Below, piece after piece: positions 1 to 13,130 of a stretch of DNA of 64,000 nucleotides; the stretch's first letter is position 1; each line of letters starts with the position of its first letter. The translations under genes and the position numbers were made by a program. Location: NCBI GenBank assembly GCA_050230475.1, contig JBFLGF010000119.1:1-64000 (forward strand). The letters are read 5' to 3'. The notes under the pieces were generated by a model, which did no database searches, was not told the origin of the DNA, and saw only the letters and a list, made by a program, of their open reading frames with translations. This DNA is from Ancylonema sp. (lineage: Eukaryota).

Positions 1-299
1 TGAGCTCAGAGGGTTCGGTTGGGCTCCCTGCACACTGGCAGGAATTTCTGACAGCGCCCTCTCATCAAGTGCTGGGCATGGTGGATATCAGTGTCAGGGT
101 GGGTGGTGCAGGAAAGACTAAAGTTGCGAAACAGTATTTGGTTGCTGCGGAACGTTGGTGAGAATGTAGGGTGACGTACGGGATAATGGGTACATAAGTG
201 TTCATCTACGAACAAGCTTCGAACATTGCTGAACAGAGTGGTCTTGCAACTGCATGATTGTAGCTCATACGTCCGCATTACCGAATTGAGGGGAGGCGA

Positions 300-3233
300 A
301 TGATGGTGGAGGCCGAATTTAATGCCCCTTTGAAGATAATTATCGACACAGACCCTGGAGTAGGTAAGCGCCAGACTAGATTCGGTGACGTGGCAAATGC
401 AGCGCAAGCTCCACCTGTAAAGTCGTTTTCCAGCCGTAGACGTCTTTTCATCTCAAATATTGGTTCTGAACCGGTTTCTGCGTACCCATATTAATTTGTC
501 CAAGGCACATATTGACACTACAAATGATAGGGCGATGCGCACTCGATAGAAAATCCACCCATATGTGCACGTGTACAGTCAGCCGTATTTGCTTTAGTCT
601 TGATATTTAGTCCTGCCATTCTAATCTCAGTCAGTCCCTTCCTTGTGTTCGACATCGACATAAATTCGAGATCGCACTTACTATGAACACCCTTTAGTTT
701 GTGAAGCGTGGCTTTCCTCTTACCCTTCCATTTGATCCGTGAGTTTTTTTTTATACTCAGATGATGCCTGGGCCATCCTGCTTGCATTCGTTTCTCCTGA
801 AGTGGAGGTCCTCGGTCTGACCACAGTCTTTGGGAATGTGCGGACGCCAATGGCCACATCCAATGCACTCCACCTGGTGAGATTGATGCCATTGAACAGA
901 CCGATCGTCATCACGAAACTCACGCACGATCCTAAAGGTGCTTATTACCCTGAGATACACCACCTAAAGTTTCCCCCGAATTCTGCAGTGTGAGCTGGCA
1001 GGGAGAGAAGACGTCCCCGTTGCTCAAGGAGAGTCCAAAACCATGAAGGTAATGCGGGGGGTGGACAGGAGCAGTTTCTTTCCAGAGCATGCATATTCGG
1101 TGAACACTTCGCTAAGCACCTCTGAATGCTATCAGACCATTTGTTGGTTTCAGAACGACATCGATGCTCCATAGGATGTGCGACGCAGACTCGGGTCCCT
1201 TCTTCTGATCGCTTGTCTTCGAATGGCCACGATGCGCAGGGCGTCGAGAAAGTGCGAATCGCAGACTTTGTTCACGGTTCGGATGGGCTCGGGAACACAA
1301 ATCCCGCTCCCCCCAAGGGAAAGGCCGTGGATTCGAGTGGGCCTCAATTCCTAGTGGACATGGTGACACGCTTTCCCGGCCAAATCACAGTGGTCGCCCT
1401 GGCGCCGCTCTCCAACATCGCTAAGGTGCCAACCACTAGGCATGCAAGGGGAGCAGAAATAGCATCTCAGCATTCGTACCGATATTCGAGTCGGCGACCA
1501 CCATCCATGAAGGCTCTCTTACATCTTTGGAGCTTGTAGTGCTGAGTTGTGTCGTGGGGTGGTAGTGTTTTCGAAGTTTGCACTCGTCCTTGCTGCTGCT
1601 TCTGCTGCTTTTGCTCAACTTATTTGGGGTTGGGGGTTGTGGGCAGGCAATTGAACTGGATCCAGAGGTCCCCCACAAAGTTGGGGAACTACTCATCCTT
1701 GGAGGTGCCTTTTTCTGCAACGGGAATGTGAACCCAGCCGCGGAGGCCAACGTAAGGGGCCTTAAGCTCGGAGGGATGTTTTTTTTATTGAGGAAAGAAA
1801 GCAGGACAAGAGTGGATGTGGCTCTGGGAACAACCTCTTTTCTCTCGGCCAAATTTTGGCATATCGAGGGTAGGCTGATCGAGTTGGATCTAAAGCTTGG
1901 TGAGAAGTTTTGTCCAAATTGTTTCGGTACACAACTCAAACACAATTTGGCGAGTTTGACGGTCGGTGTCTTTCTTTGTCAGGTATTTGGCGATCCGGAT
2001 GCAGCAGACCTTGTCTTCACATGTGGCGCAAACATTCGCGTGATTGGCCTAAACATTACGCACCAAATCACGCTGACAGGTCAGTGTAGCTGCCAGGGAA
2101 TATTTGCCACCAAAGGTTATGATGGCATGCCGTTATGCGGTTCTTCCCCGTCAATCTCGAGATCATAGTTCCCTGATCTACACGTCATTCCGCACTCAAT
2201 GCATGTCCTGCGTGAAAAAAACAAATTCCGTAATAGTGGTCGATAGAGACAGATTGCAGGGAGTTTTCGTCAAGATTCCTAAGTTTTAGTTGCGTTCTTA
2301 GTCCTGTTGTGACGTTTCTGGACGGCAGTTGGTTGTATCCAGAATCGGATTTGAACGATGTGAGGGACTCGGGGGGGCGCTTGCCACCTACCTTTTTAAC
2401 GCCTCGCGGTTTTACCTTGGCTACCATAAGACAACGTATGCTATGAAAGGTAGGTCCCTGTAGGCTGAGGTGGGATGGTGTGGGAAGGTGAGGTCAATTA
2501 ACATTTGGGTGGGTGCTGGTAAAAATGATACTGATTACAAAGCGGCTCATGCCTTGTGATGGAGAGAAAACAGTATGAAAGACATTATGTAAGAGCACAA
2601 AGATCACAAACATTTAATGCCTAACTTTCCAGATCCAATATGAAATCGTTCCCTTTTTTATCAATACTGAATTTATATTTCGTGTGAGGCTTTCGTCAAA
2701 CGTTTTGCAAGTGAAGTGTCCCAGTGCCTAAACTTATGCCATAATCCTCAAAACTTGCAAATGTATCAAAACTTTAACACGGTTCACGGTTCATGATTCA
2801 TTGTGCCTTTGCAGCCATTTATCTTCACGATCCTGCCACCCTCGTAGCTGCTTTGAGACCCGACTTGTTTGCTTATAAAGAAGGGGTGGTCAGAGTCCAA
2901 TTGAGTGGTATCACAAAAGGCGCCACCCTCATGTCCAACACCGAGAAAATGTGAGTTTTGGGCCGCACATGCATGTAAGGAGGTTTTGTTTTTCCTCTTC
3001 CTTTGACAATTGAATATTGAGGGGGTGGCAAAGGGGTGTCACAGTATTCATGTTATGAGTGCGTCATGCCGATGGAAACTGACGAGTGTCGAATAACGGT
3101 GTTGGTTGACAGGTGGCATGGAGTGACTGAGTGGTGCAACCTTCCATCGGTGAAGGTAGCTGTGGCAGTAGATGCGCAAATAGTTGCGTCAATAGTGAAG
3201 CAACGAATGATGCAACCTCGGCGTTTTGTATAG
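300..3233 (+). CDS. URH2: Inosine/uridine-preferring nucleoside hydrolase, NSH2/URH2-like; 9 exons (approx. 300-363, 761-876, 989-1048, 1240-1425, 1647-1751, 1983-2079, 2343-2449, 2815-2950, 3113-3233)
   Basis: The spliced translation gives IIIDTDPGVDDA (DxDxxxDD), FVHGSDGLGN, NGNVNPAAEAN, VFGDPDAA, IYLHDP and the C-terminal EW..PSVKVAVAVDA. All introns are GT-AG. Exon 7 needs a 1-nt frameshift at the G7 run 2371-2377. Confidence 0.92.
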
Positions 3234-4124
3234 GGTTATATATAGGCATTTTGTATAGGCAGTACATTCATGCATTTGGTATATGCAGGCGGTACATGCA
3301 TAGAAAGAAGTGAGTGCTTATGTTTAAGCAATTTGAATGGGATCAGTATCATATGACCGTACTTCAATTATTTTCTTTGCTCGGTTTGTCTTTTGTATGA
3401 CGTTCAAATTCTTGGCATCTCGAAGCGATTTCGAAAGGTGTGTGGCAACCGGGTACAAATATATGTATGGTCACAATCAGGGTGTGAACTTTTATTGAGT
3501 GGCAGCTATTGCCTCCGTCATGCGTCTAGCAAAGCCAAGGGTGACATGTGGCAAGTCTCTACCATGCACATCTATTCATAACCAAACCCTTTGCCACAAA
3601 ATAAAGTCGCTAGATGAAATTATATCTTTACATACGTTCTCCGTGGGCAAAAACTTGCGACAATTTATTTTCATACCAAGGACAATGATACATAGTTTGG
3701 GGAGCAATTTGAAGACGTGAGTGAGGCTTTACTTAATGCAATTTAATCGATTACTTTCGGGTTTCAATTATTAATTAAAACTCATTTACGGTGCCCAGTA
3801 TGGTATACCGAATATTGAATGTGTCCTTCGCTTTCGAACACAACGATGAGATCTCATGCGGGAGGATCTATACGGAGCGAGCCATCAAGTGGCTATATCC
3901 ATAGTTATGCCTCGATCTCCCGATCCCAAATCTCGTTCTCATCCGGATCTAGTCCGGTTCGGAAAGTTCCCCATCGGTTCTCTTACAACGTGGGAAGGAA
4001 AAGAAAGAAAAAGGATGTCTTTCATAACTTGTTCCAACAGGTTGTAGGTTGATGTAGGTGATCGGTTTTCCTTCGTTGTATCAGATGGGGTTCCTCATCG
4101 TGATTCATTTCTAGGTTTCTACTA

Positions 4125-4297
4125 CAGTATAACCTGTCTAAAAGAATACTGTCTAAAGGAATAACCTCTCTAAAGGAACCAAAAAATCAGGTCCCGAAAC
4201 CGGATTTGCTAGGAACCGTCCCTGTCTAAGTGAATAACCTGTCTAAAGAAATATTAATTCCCGGTCCCGACAGTATTCCTTTAGACAGGTTAAACTG
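4125..4297. mobile_element. Tc1/pogo-like MITE (173 bp)
   Basis: TIRs CAGTATAACCTGTCTAAAAGAATACTGTC / GACAGTATTCCTTTAGACAGGTTAAACTG, with TA on both flanks. Confidence 0.8.
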
Positions 4298-4405
4298 TAC
4301 AATAAAATCTGTCTAAATTAATGTCTGGAGCAAAGAAAACTTGATTTAGACAGGTTATCAATTAACACGTCACCGAAATCGGGCGATTTAGACAGGTTAA
4401 AATTA

Positions 4406-5534
4406 GGGAGTTCGTATTTCGACGCCCTACAAATTATTTCGACGCCCCTTTCCACTGACGGGGACCGTCGATACGGTTCGAACAGACTTGGTGGCCTGTG
4501 AGCCGTCGGTCTGTCGTACGATTAATTCTTTAGATTCAACCGATTCTCGTTGGGCGACGTGGCTGTCGTTGACGCCAGTATCGGTGTCGGAGATTTGCGC
4601 ACCGTCCATAAGTGCGACGTGGCCTCCTCTGACGCCAGAACTGGTGTTCAAAATCCCGGTCCATGTTCTGTAGATCGCGGCACGTCGTCCGCTAGGTTAG
4701 GGACTGCTTACTAGCGACGGGGTTATGACGCAGATGTCAAGTCACAAGCAAATAATTAGTATCCAATCTGTAGACCAGCGAAAAAGCCAGTAACGAACCT
4801 GCAGCCAACCAGCCTGTTGGTAAGCTGCCTGGGTCAGTGCAGCTCATAGATATACCCGCCCGCGGGCGGGGATATTTTCGCCCGCCTCCGCTTGCGGGCG
4901 GTTACGCCCGCGGGCGCCGCCCGGCCGCCCGTGCCGAGCGCGCTGAATTTCGGTATTTCAAGAAAGCAAGTTAAAAAAAGAATAGCTTCTAGAAGTTTTA
5001 TGATATTCTTTAAAAAAAATTGTTTCATGTAGATGAAACTATGAAGTTGTTATAAGCACTTTTTATTTTTTTATTTCGATCAATGTGGATTTTTATAAAC
5101 TAAAAACACCAGAACCCTAAAAAAGCTCTACATACCCGCACGCTACGTGGACATTCTCGCCCGCGTTTCGCCCGCGGGCGGCTTCGCCCGCAGGCGGCGC
5201 CCGGCGGAGATTTTGACAGGCGTGTACATCTATGGTGTAGCTGACGTCTGCTTCATAACCCCATCATTCATAACCAGTCCCTAACCTAGCGGACGACGTG
5301 CCGCGATCTACAGGACATGGGCCGGGATTTTGAACACCAGTTCTGGCGTCAGAGGAGGCCACGTCGCACTTACGGACGGTGCGCACATCTCCGACACGTC
5401 AGCCACGTCGCCCAACGAGAATCGGTTGAATTGGTGGCTCACAGGCCACCAAGTCTGTTCGAACCGTATCGACGGTCCCTGTCAGTGGAAAGGGGCGTCG
5501 AAATAATTTGTAGGGCGTCGAAATACGAACTCCC
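4406..5534. mobile_element. Mutator-like non-autonomous foldback element with ~300-bp TIRs
   Basis: Ends GGGAGTTCGTATTTCGACGCCCTAC / GTAGGGCGTCGAAATACGAACTCCC. Arms are approx. 4406-4740 and 5243-5534. Perfect 9-bp TSD TTAAAATTA at 4397-4405 and 5535-5543. Confidence 0.88.
4845..5234. mobile_element. hAT-like MITE nested in the foldback
   Basis: TIR CATAGATATACCCGCC / GGCGTGTACATCTATG; 8-bp TSD GTGCAGCT / GTGTAGCT; CGCCCG-rich subterminal repeats. Confidence 0.8.
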
Positions 5535-5986
5535 TTAAAATTAGCACAGTCTTAATTGGGACAGGTTTCACTTTATTGGGCTGGCCCAGCCTTCAGCAAA
5601 CTGCAGCGAAGCCGCCAACTGGCACCGCCGGGCGGGAAGAAACGCGAAGAAACTCTGGAAGAAGCGGGGGGTCAACGCTGACAACACAACGCTAGGAAAT
5701 GCCCTTCCAGAAGAACGGCAAGGGAAGTTGCGAGCTACACTGAGAAGGCAACGAAGTACGCAACTGCTTGTTACTGTTGTCCAGATATAGGGCATATGAG
5801 AAATGTATGCGTCAAGCTGAATTCTCTTCAAACTTTTGTTATACATGTCGGGGAATGTTGGTGAGGAGAATCACATTTGGAGCACATTTGACCATCCCAG
5901 TAAGCAGCAGTACAGGGAGTCACCAGTAATTCTCCTACTTTGTTCACTAGAGTGGTTTAACTGTCGAGTGGACTAGCCGGAGGTTG

Positions 5987-8900
5987 ATGGGGAACAACGA
6001 TGTTGCGCTGGTTGGAAAGCTCCAGCTTGTACAACCACATGCATTCGTATGTGGAACTGTAGCAGTTCCGTTGGACTGGGGAGACCATCATCTCTTGATT
6101 CAGGATTGCACCTCCGACATGACAGTGTTACATGACAGGTGACTGGCCGCGCCATATCAAGGAAGTTGAAGGATTGTGTCCCTTTGTCTGAACTGTGTCT
6201 TTCCCTTTTCTCTGGGTTTTTTCTTATTCGCTATGCATCCTTTTGGTGTACACGTTGAATGCTCTGAAGTCGCAGATTGTGTGTTGACTAAAAATCCTAG
6301 CCCCTCGCCACTACATCATGTTGCAGATCCAGCAATCGATTATACAAGCGCCTGCCGACCGACACAGACCTTAACAGACCAATCCTGACAGAGTCTGTGG
6401 GCCCCGTTGGTCCCCACGTCGAGAATACTCGGGGTAGGTGCAAGTATATGTATTGCGTTCTGATTAGGCAGGCGTATGCGGTGTTGATTGTGGCGGAGAG
6501 ACACCCTTTCTATCATTGAAATTGTCACTGGCCTCGCAATGTTGATTTTTCTTCTGCGGTTGCAAGCGGTCGTCGGCTGTATTATTGACAGGTGATTGTG
6601 TAATAAGACTGACGGGTGTCTGCGGACTTTATTGCAGAGCCCTTCAGTCAATCTATTGCATGGGGCGGAAGCTACTTGCCAAAGCTGATGGCCAAAAAGG
6701 GGGAGGCCTTAGCTGTCACCGGGTTGGCTCAGTATGGGGACTCTGTGGACGTCATAGCTCCTTCAGCAATTCTGAAAGAGATTTTCAAGACTCCTTACAG
6801 CAGTAGTCCCCTATCGCTCACTGGTCATCGGGTTGGTCGAACTCTAATTCTCAACAGCGGGTACGGGTACATGCTTACATGCTCGATTATCCTGAAGCTT
6901 GCTTCCTCCTGTCTCTCCCCGTCTCTACGGAAGTCATTTTTTAAGCAATAAAATTGTGATTTTGGGAAGCGCTATCTTACAGATTTCGCATCTCTCAGAT
7001 GTTTTACGATTTGTTGTAAGAGACTTGAACATTGACACTTGTCAGTGTCTATTTCCTATTCCGTGGCAGATTGGAGACAGACGCGGAAAGCAGAAGAAAT
7101 GGCCCGTGTAACACCATAGATACTGCTCTGTTTTCCAAATTTGTTAACCACTCATTACAAAGCGCTCATGTGTTGGACTGCGAAAAGACGAAAGAAACAT
7201 CTGGATGGGAAGGGCCTGCGCAGCAAGTCGGAGTTATAGAAAAGGATTTAGCCGCAGCCACACCTCCACCGGTTCTGTCATCTACTTTGGAAACGAGTGA
7301 GTCAGAGGAGACCTTACGACAGCACAGCCAAGCAGAAAAGAGGTTCACACTGAAGGGAGGTGTAGACCCACAAATGCGCATGCACAAAGGGCAAGCAAGA
7401 CAGCAGCCTCCTGGTCATCAGAAGAAGAGGAAGGAAGGAGGAGGGAAAGTGAGGGACGTTGGCAGTCATCTTGCAGAAGAGAGCGAAGACGCTTCTGAGG
7501 ATAATGTCGAGAAACAAAAGCTGGAGGGGTTCCTTCGCATTGTGTTCTGGCAGTTCCAGCACCTCCGAATGCTGCTTGGCACGGATTTGCTGCTTTTCAG
7601 CAATGGGCAGCATGGAGCAGTTAGTCTCCACCTGCTGGAGGTGGAAAGGGAGGTGAGCCAGATGGTGCTATGTCGACATTGAATCGAAGATTCATTGACA
7701 GGAGGGGACGATTTATTTCCCCGTTCACATCAAAATGTTTGTAGTCAGAGAAAGGTTGATAAATTCAGTGCATGGTTTATCCAGGACCTGATCTGCATAT
7801 GAGGTCTCTTATTAAATCTAGGAGAGGTTACGAGTCCTGCATAAAGTAGGTCCAGACTGCAGATCCAGTGCTTTAGTGTTTGCTTTCAAGTCTTATGGTC
7901 TCAAGTCTGAAGTGGGTCCTGGTATTTGCTTTGTATAAGAAACCTTCATGATGTTTGCTTGTTTTATTGCAGGTCACTCCTCTTCAATGGCTGGACGTAT
8001 GGCTGGACAACGTAAGACTCGCAGTACTCGATGTGTTTATCAAAATTTCTGCAAAATAGTATTCTGGAGAAGGCAGATAATTGCACATGTGTTTTCTTTT
8101 GCCAACAGACGTACATACGATTGTTGCAAAGTCTGTCTGTGTCATTGCCTGTGTTCTTAGACTTGGGAGACGACGTAACATTGACATCATGTCTGTTACA
8201 TGTGTCTGTCTGGGCACAGAGTTGTTTTAACATTGCCCTCGTTTTATAGATGGTTATCTCTGACAGGGCTCATTTGTCACTCCACTGACAGATTATGGCG
8301 AGTGTGCCTGAGTTAGCGGTCTGCTACCATCGCGGAGGAGTGGTCCAGGGCTATGAGCTGCTGAAAACAGATGACATCTTTTTGCATAAGGGTCTCGCTG
8401 GGGATGGGTCTCCCAACTTCAGTCCCGGATTGGTGCAGAAGAATGCATCATCTATTTTGCAGTTTCTGCAAGAGAACTGCACAAGGGATCCAGGGACATA
8501 TTGGGTAAGTGCCCTTGGAGCTGGGGTGCCCCGCAGGCCCAGATCAATAAGTCATAGCAGAAGCAATGTGTGGGCAAGTTGCCTCTGTGTGTTGCTACCA
8601 CCATACCAACCTCCTCGTTTTCCTGCGAGCCCTTCGGCTGCCCTGACGTCTGCTTCAGCAACCGCTCTTGGGCCGTGCTTCAGACATACCTTCTGGTCTC
8701 CTAATGTGTTGCTACCGATGTCGGAGGGATAGGTGACAGTCGGGTCAGTTGCCCCGAGTTGAGAGGTTACAGGCCGTGTACCAATTGTGTGTGAATTGTC
8801 TCTGTGTTGTTGTGCAGCTACGGAAAGGCGCAGGCGATGATAAGATGCAGCTATTTGACTTGGGGTCCGGAACAAGCACAGAAGGGGAACACTCGCAAGG

Positions 8901-11900
8901 GCTCCCTCCACCGGCAGTCGCAACACAGAGCCGCTATCTGCTGCCGCTCGCCATGCTGCTATTCCGCCTCGCCGATCAGCTCTCGCGCTCCAAGGTTGGG
9001 AAGAGGAGACAGCAAAGTTCCTGCAGTGGTTGTATGGCTAGAAAATATGGACTGCAGAGAGTATCGATTGATAGAACTCAAATTGTGTATTTGTAGTTTT
9101 GTATGGTGATCCTGGTGATGAGTAATCCATCCCAGACGTGGAGTGGTCTTCTTCTGCTTGTTTTTGGGTGGCGAGGCCTTCACTACAATCAGCTGAGTGC
9201 ACTGGGGGAGATTGTGTGAGTGGAGAGTGGGTAGTGACCAGCGTTTGGGCTTGTCTTTGTCTTTGTCAGGATATGTGGAACCTGCAGAAGTGTGCGGCAT
9301 TCTTCGGCCACTCCTTGACATTCTTGGACATGGAAGAACATCATGTGAGTTTGAACTTCTGCCAAAGCATCTCAGGACGGTGTCTTTTCATATATGGTCT
9401 GAGAGGCTTCTTTGTTTGCTCGGCACCCGATTTTGTCGAAGGTCCAACCACGTAAAATCAGTGCATCATGTCATGCTTTGTTGCCGGTCTCTACCGTAAG
9501 AGATGTGATCCTAAACTTCGTCTGTTTTCCCTGCAGGGACTTCGAGCTGTAGCACACGAGCAGGTGGCACGTGTCTTCTTATCGTGGCACAACGAGTTTG
9601 GGTCCCCAACAAAGTCTTGCCAACTGAAAGCTGCCACCGCCAGGGAAGGCGTGCCTGGAAACGCGACGGAAGTTCTGTCACTGCCTGCTCCTCCCAAACA
9701 CGGCCTCCGGGAAGCTGACAAGGATAGGATGGGCGATGAGGTGGCACCTCTCAGTCCCCATGCTGCTCCTGGTCATGGTACTGCTGGTATGGACGCAGAA
9801 TTGATCCCACAAGAGCCAGTCAAGGCGACACCTTTGGGATTGGCTGATTCCGCTGAGGGTAGTGTGGGTACGGGTTCGGATACTGGTAGTTTAGAGCCTT
9901 CCAGCAGTAGTCATACCAGCCCTGTTTCTTCAGTTGCAAGGAGTGGAGACGCTAAGCACAGCGAATCGAACGCCAGCAGAGGCATGGCAGGAGAGACCCA
10001 GGGGGCGTTGGTATGCGTCCCTGCTACCGAGGATAGTGGAGGACGTTTGCGGGCTGCAGATGGGGCTCATATTGCAGAAACGGGAGGTTCAGGAGACGTC
10101 GCACCTAGAGCTGCATCCACCGTTGGTGACAGGAAAATCTTCCCTCCCGAGAATGCCGTGTCTGCCCGTCTGGAGGCAGTGAGGCACACCTCCGAGGCCA
10201 TCCACTCACTGAGGAAGCAGCGGTGGAAGCTGGAAGAAACGGTTGGGACGCACAGGGGGCACGGGTCAGGGGCTGCGGGACCGGAGCTGGTGGCGCCCTG
10301 TGTGTGTGGGGAAGAGGAATGCATCCCGGTTGGACACCAAATCGGGTCAGTGGAGGTGAGGGTCCTGTCGGAGAGGAGGATCCAGGGTCTGATCGCCTTC
10401 CTGGGCGACGCGTACCTGTCGCTTGCACACGCATGCAAGGAGAAGGGAGAAGTAGGGAGAGCCCTGCGGGCAGCCGAACTGGCTTGCCTTGTGTGCGGTT
10501 CCATGCCGTCCAGCCTGGCGAAAAATGCAAACGTGGCAGTCCGAACCACGACGGGGGGACGCCCACCGGAGGCGTTTCGGGAGCCGGAGTTTTGGGGGCG
10601 GCTGTGGGAGACTGTGGGCGACCTTTACGTGCAGTTCCAGAAGTTTATCGGCGAGTCGGATGTGATCGAGGAGAGTTCGCGGTGCCAAGAACTGCGGATC
10701 TCCGACGCCGTGGTGCGAGAAGTGAAGCGCATGCGCAAGAAATACGTGCGAGTGTGTCCCACCACCTGCAGCGGCTGTAGCACCACCGGCTGTAGCTGCC
10801 TCAGCGACAGGGCGAGCAGTGGGGTGGGTGCGAGCAGCAGCGCTAGGAAAGTTGAGCATCCGACAAAGAAAGGGGGTGGGGGGCGTTCAGGCATTGACAG
10901 GAATCATCCTTCCAAGGTCTTTAAAGGGGGTTCGGGGGAAGAAGTACGTCCTCGGGGGTCTTCAGGGGAAAGTGAATCAGGTTCTGCGTCCTCCTGTAGG
11001 ACCAAGGCTGTGAGGACTAAGGTTGGGAACAGAACGACAAGTGGGAAGAAGGAGAGTCGCAGCCAACAAAGGGATACCCCTAGGGTGGATGCCGCCGGAG
11101 GCAGTTTTGCAGAGAGGAGTGGAGATGCTCACTCAGAGGGCAACCTTTTGGGTGGTGAGGTCAGGTCCAGCTCTGGGAACGAGGACACAGACGAGAATCC
11201 GGCAGCAGCAGCAGCAGCAGCCCTAGAGTCTCCTTGGGAACCATTGGCAGCAACGCATGGCGACGGGAACCTCTTGTGCTTTGGCCGTCCGCTGACCGCG
11301 GACTGGGAGGTGAACTACAAAGCAGCGGCGGAATACTACGGGGCCGCAGCTTCTGCGTTTGCAGACGCGGAAGCCGAAGAGTCGCAGAAGGAGCCGAGTG
11401 GTTGGGAGGGAGCGACCCGCAAGAAGGGGTGGGCGCACAACGAGTTGGGGAGGAGGCTGCTGGCGGCCAGGAGGATAGTGGACGCCGAGGGGGCCTTTGA
11501 GACGGCCCAGGACGCGTTCAGGGAGGTGGGTGACGTCACCAACGTGGTGCTCGTGGACTGCAACATGGGGCACGGGAGGAGGAGTGCCGCAGAGGGGCTG
11601 GTGTCGAGGCTAGCCGGGATGGAGGGGGGAGGGAGTGGTGGGCTCAGGAGGGAAGTGGTGGATTCGGCTCTGTTTCTGTACCTGGAGGCTCTGAGGCACT
11701 ACACCGCCGCGAGGAATGAGCTTCTTAGGGAGGGGGAGAGTGTGCTTAAAACGAGAGGGGCGTTCTGGAACGAGGTCCACACCCAGTTTGCTCACACGTA
11801 CCTCAGATTGGGAATGCTGATGGCTCAGGAGGAGGTCCAGAATGCTTCCGCGGAACGTAACGGCATGCAGCCTCCAACAGGGCATAGACAAGGGAAGGGG

Positions 11901-12638
11901 TCACTGCAGGTGGACCTTACAGCAATGGAGGCCATGACCAAAGCCCTGATTCTTTATGACTCCCTGGGACCCAATAGGGTTCAGGAGGCAGCGTATGCTC
12001 ATCTCCAGATCGCGTGCCTCAACAGGGACAACGCCCTGAGTGAACTGCAGAGGTTGTCGGGGGGGGTGAGGAAGGGGGAGCGGAGAAGTCAGAAAGTGAG
12101 TCGCGGTACGGGTAGCAATAACTATGGGGAGGGTGGGAGAGCACAGGGAAGTCGTGCGGCTATGAACAAATATGGGGCGCTGGCAGAGATCCATTGGCAG
12201 AAGGCTTTGGAGGTTTACAGACCTGAAGCGCATCCAGATGTGTACGTCTCTATAGTTGTGGAGAGGACGAATCTCGGTCTGGCATCATGCTCCCATTCAC
12301 GGTACACTCAGGTCCTGGAAGGTGGTGTGACTCACATCCTTCATGGGGTGCCGGTTTGGAGCACTGAAACACAAACAGTAGGGGGGACCACGGATGAGGT
12401 GGCTAGGGGGAAGGCACCGTCGCAAGAGAGCTTGGATAAGATGGTGGGAAGGCTGCAGTTTGTGTTGAAGGAGTTGCTGACAGCCGCACTGAGTGTGGAT
12501 GAGGAGGAAGCTGAAGCATCACGTGCGATGCATAGCTGTCGGAAGCGCGAGAAGTTGAGAAGCATGTACAAAGTAGCCTTAAGTGGCGCAAATGTCCAGA
12601 ACTTGGCGAAGATTCATGAAATGTGGTCTTCTTCCTAG
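5987..12638 (+). CDS. EDRF1: EDRF1-like (erythroid differentiation-related factor 1 family) protein; multi-exon, with a ~3.1-kb terminal exon (9537-12638)
   Basis: Exons encode VGKLQLVQPHAFVCGTVAVP, YKRLPTDTDLN, LKEIFKTPYS..HRVGRTLILN, WQFQHLRMLLGTDLLLFSN, WLDVWLDN, MASVPELAVCYH..VQGYELLKTDDIF, LQFLQENCTRDPGTYW and a TPR-like C-terminus (KKGWAHNELG, NVVLVDCNMGHGRR). Start codon inferred. Confidence 0.85.
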
Positions 12639-13130
12639 ATTGTGATCGTGTATATGTTTGTGCGGGAGAGACGGGTAGCAAGACCTCGAATTCGAGGGTT
12701 TTGTATTAAGCCGTGTATGACAACTATGGCGTCGTTAGTGGTTGTATGGTGAAGTGTCAAGAGTGATGTGTGGGGAACATGCCAACTCGGAAAGAATGGT
12801 CAACACCGCTTCAATGGAAGTGGGCCTTCCGACTAATATCGCTCGAAGCGTATGTGGTAATATCAAACTTGTAATGTGTGCAAAGCACAACGATGTACAA
12901 TGCAAACCTTCAATAATAGAGACGTCCACAATCATAGCAAGAGCAAGTTTGTTGGGGCCTTTTCAGTGACCCAGTCTTGGTTCGACTCAAAACCACGTAA
13001 TAACCACAATGGTCATTTGCCTCGTGGGAAACAGGCAACACATGATACCAATGTTGAGTTCCGAGGGAGGGGGGTACCTCCTAAACTATTGAAAATACGG
13101 TATTACACAAGAGAGCTTACATCGTGAACC

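Larger units (their letters stand above)
4300..5573. mobile_element. Degenerate pogo-like MITE interrupted by the Mutator-like foldback
   Basis: Imperfect TIRs CAATAAAATCTGTCTAAATTAA / TTAATTGGGACAGGTTTCACTT with TA flanks. Internal TTAGACAGGTT motifs are shared with 4125-4297. Confidence 0.5.

Noticed and set aside
13043..13060. Minus-strand CA-T-TGGTATCA suggesting another LTR/PBS next to the copia element
   Set aside because: Only 8 nt of PBS match; no second LTR end or coding remnant identified.
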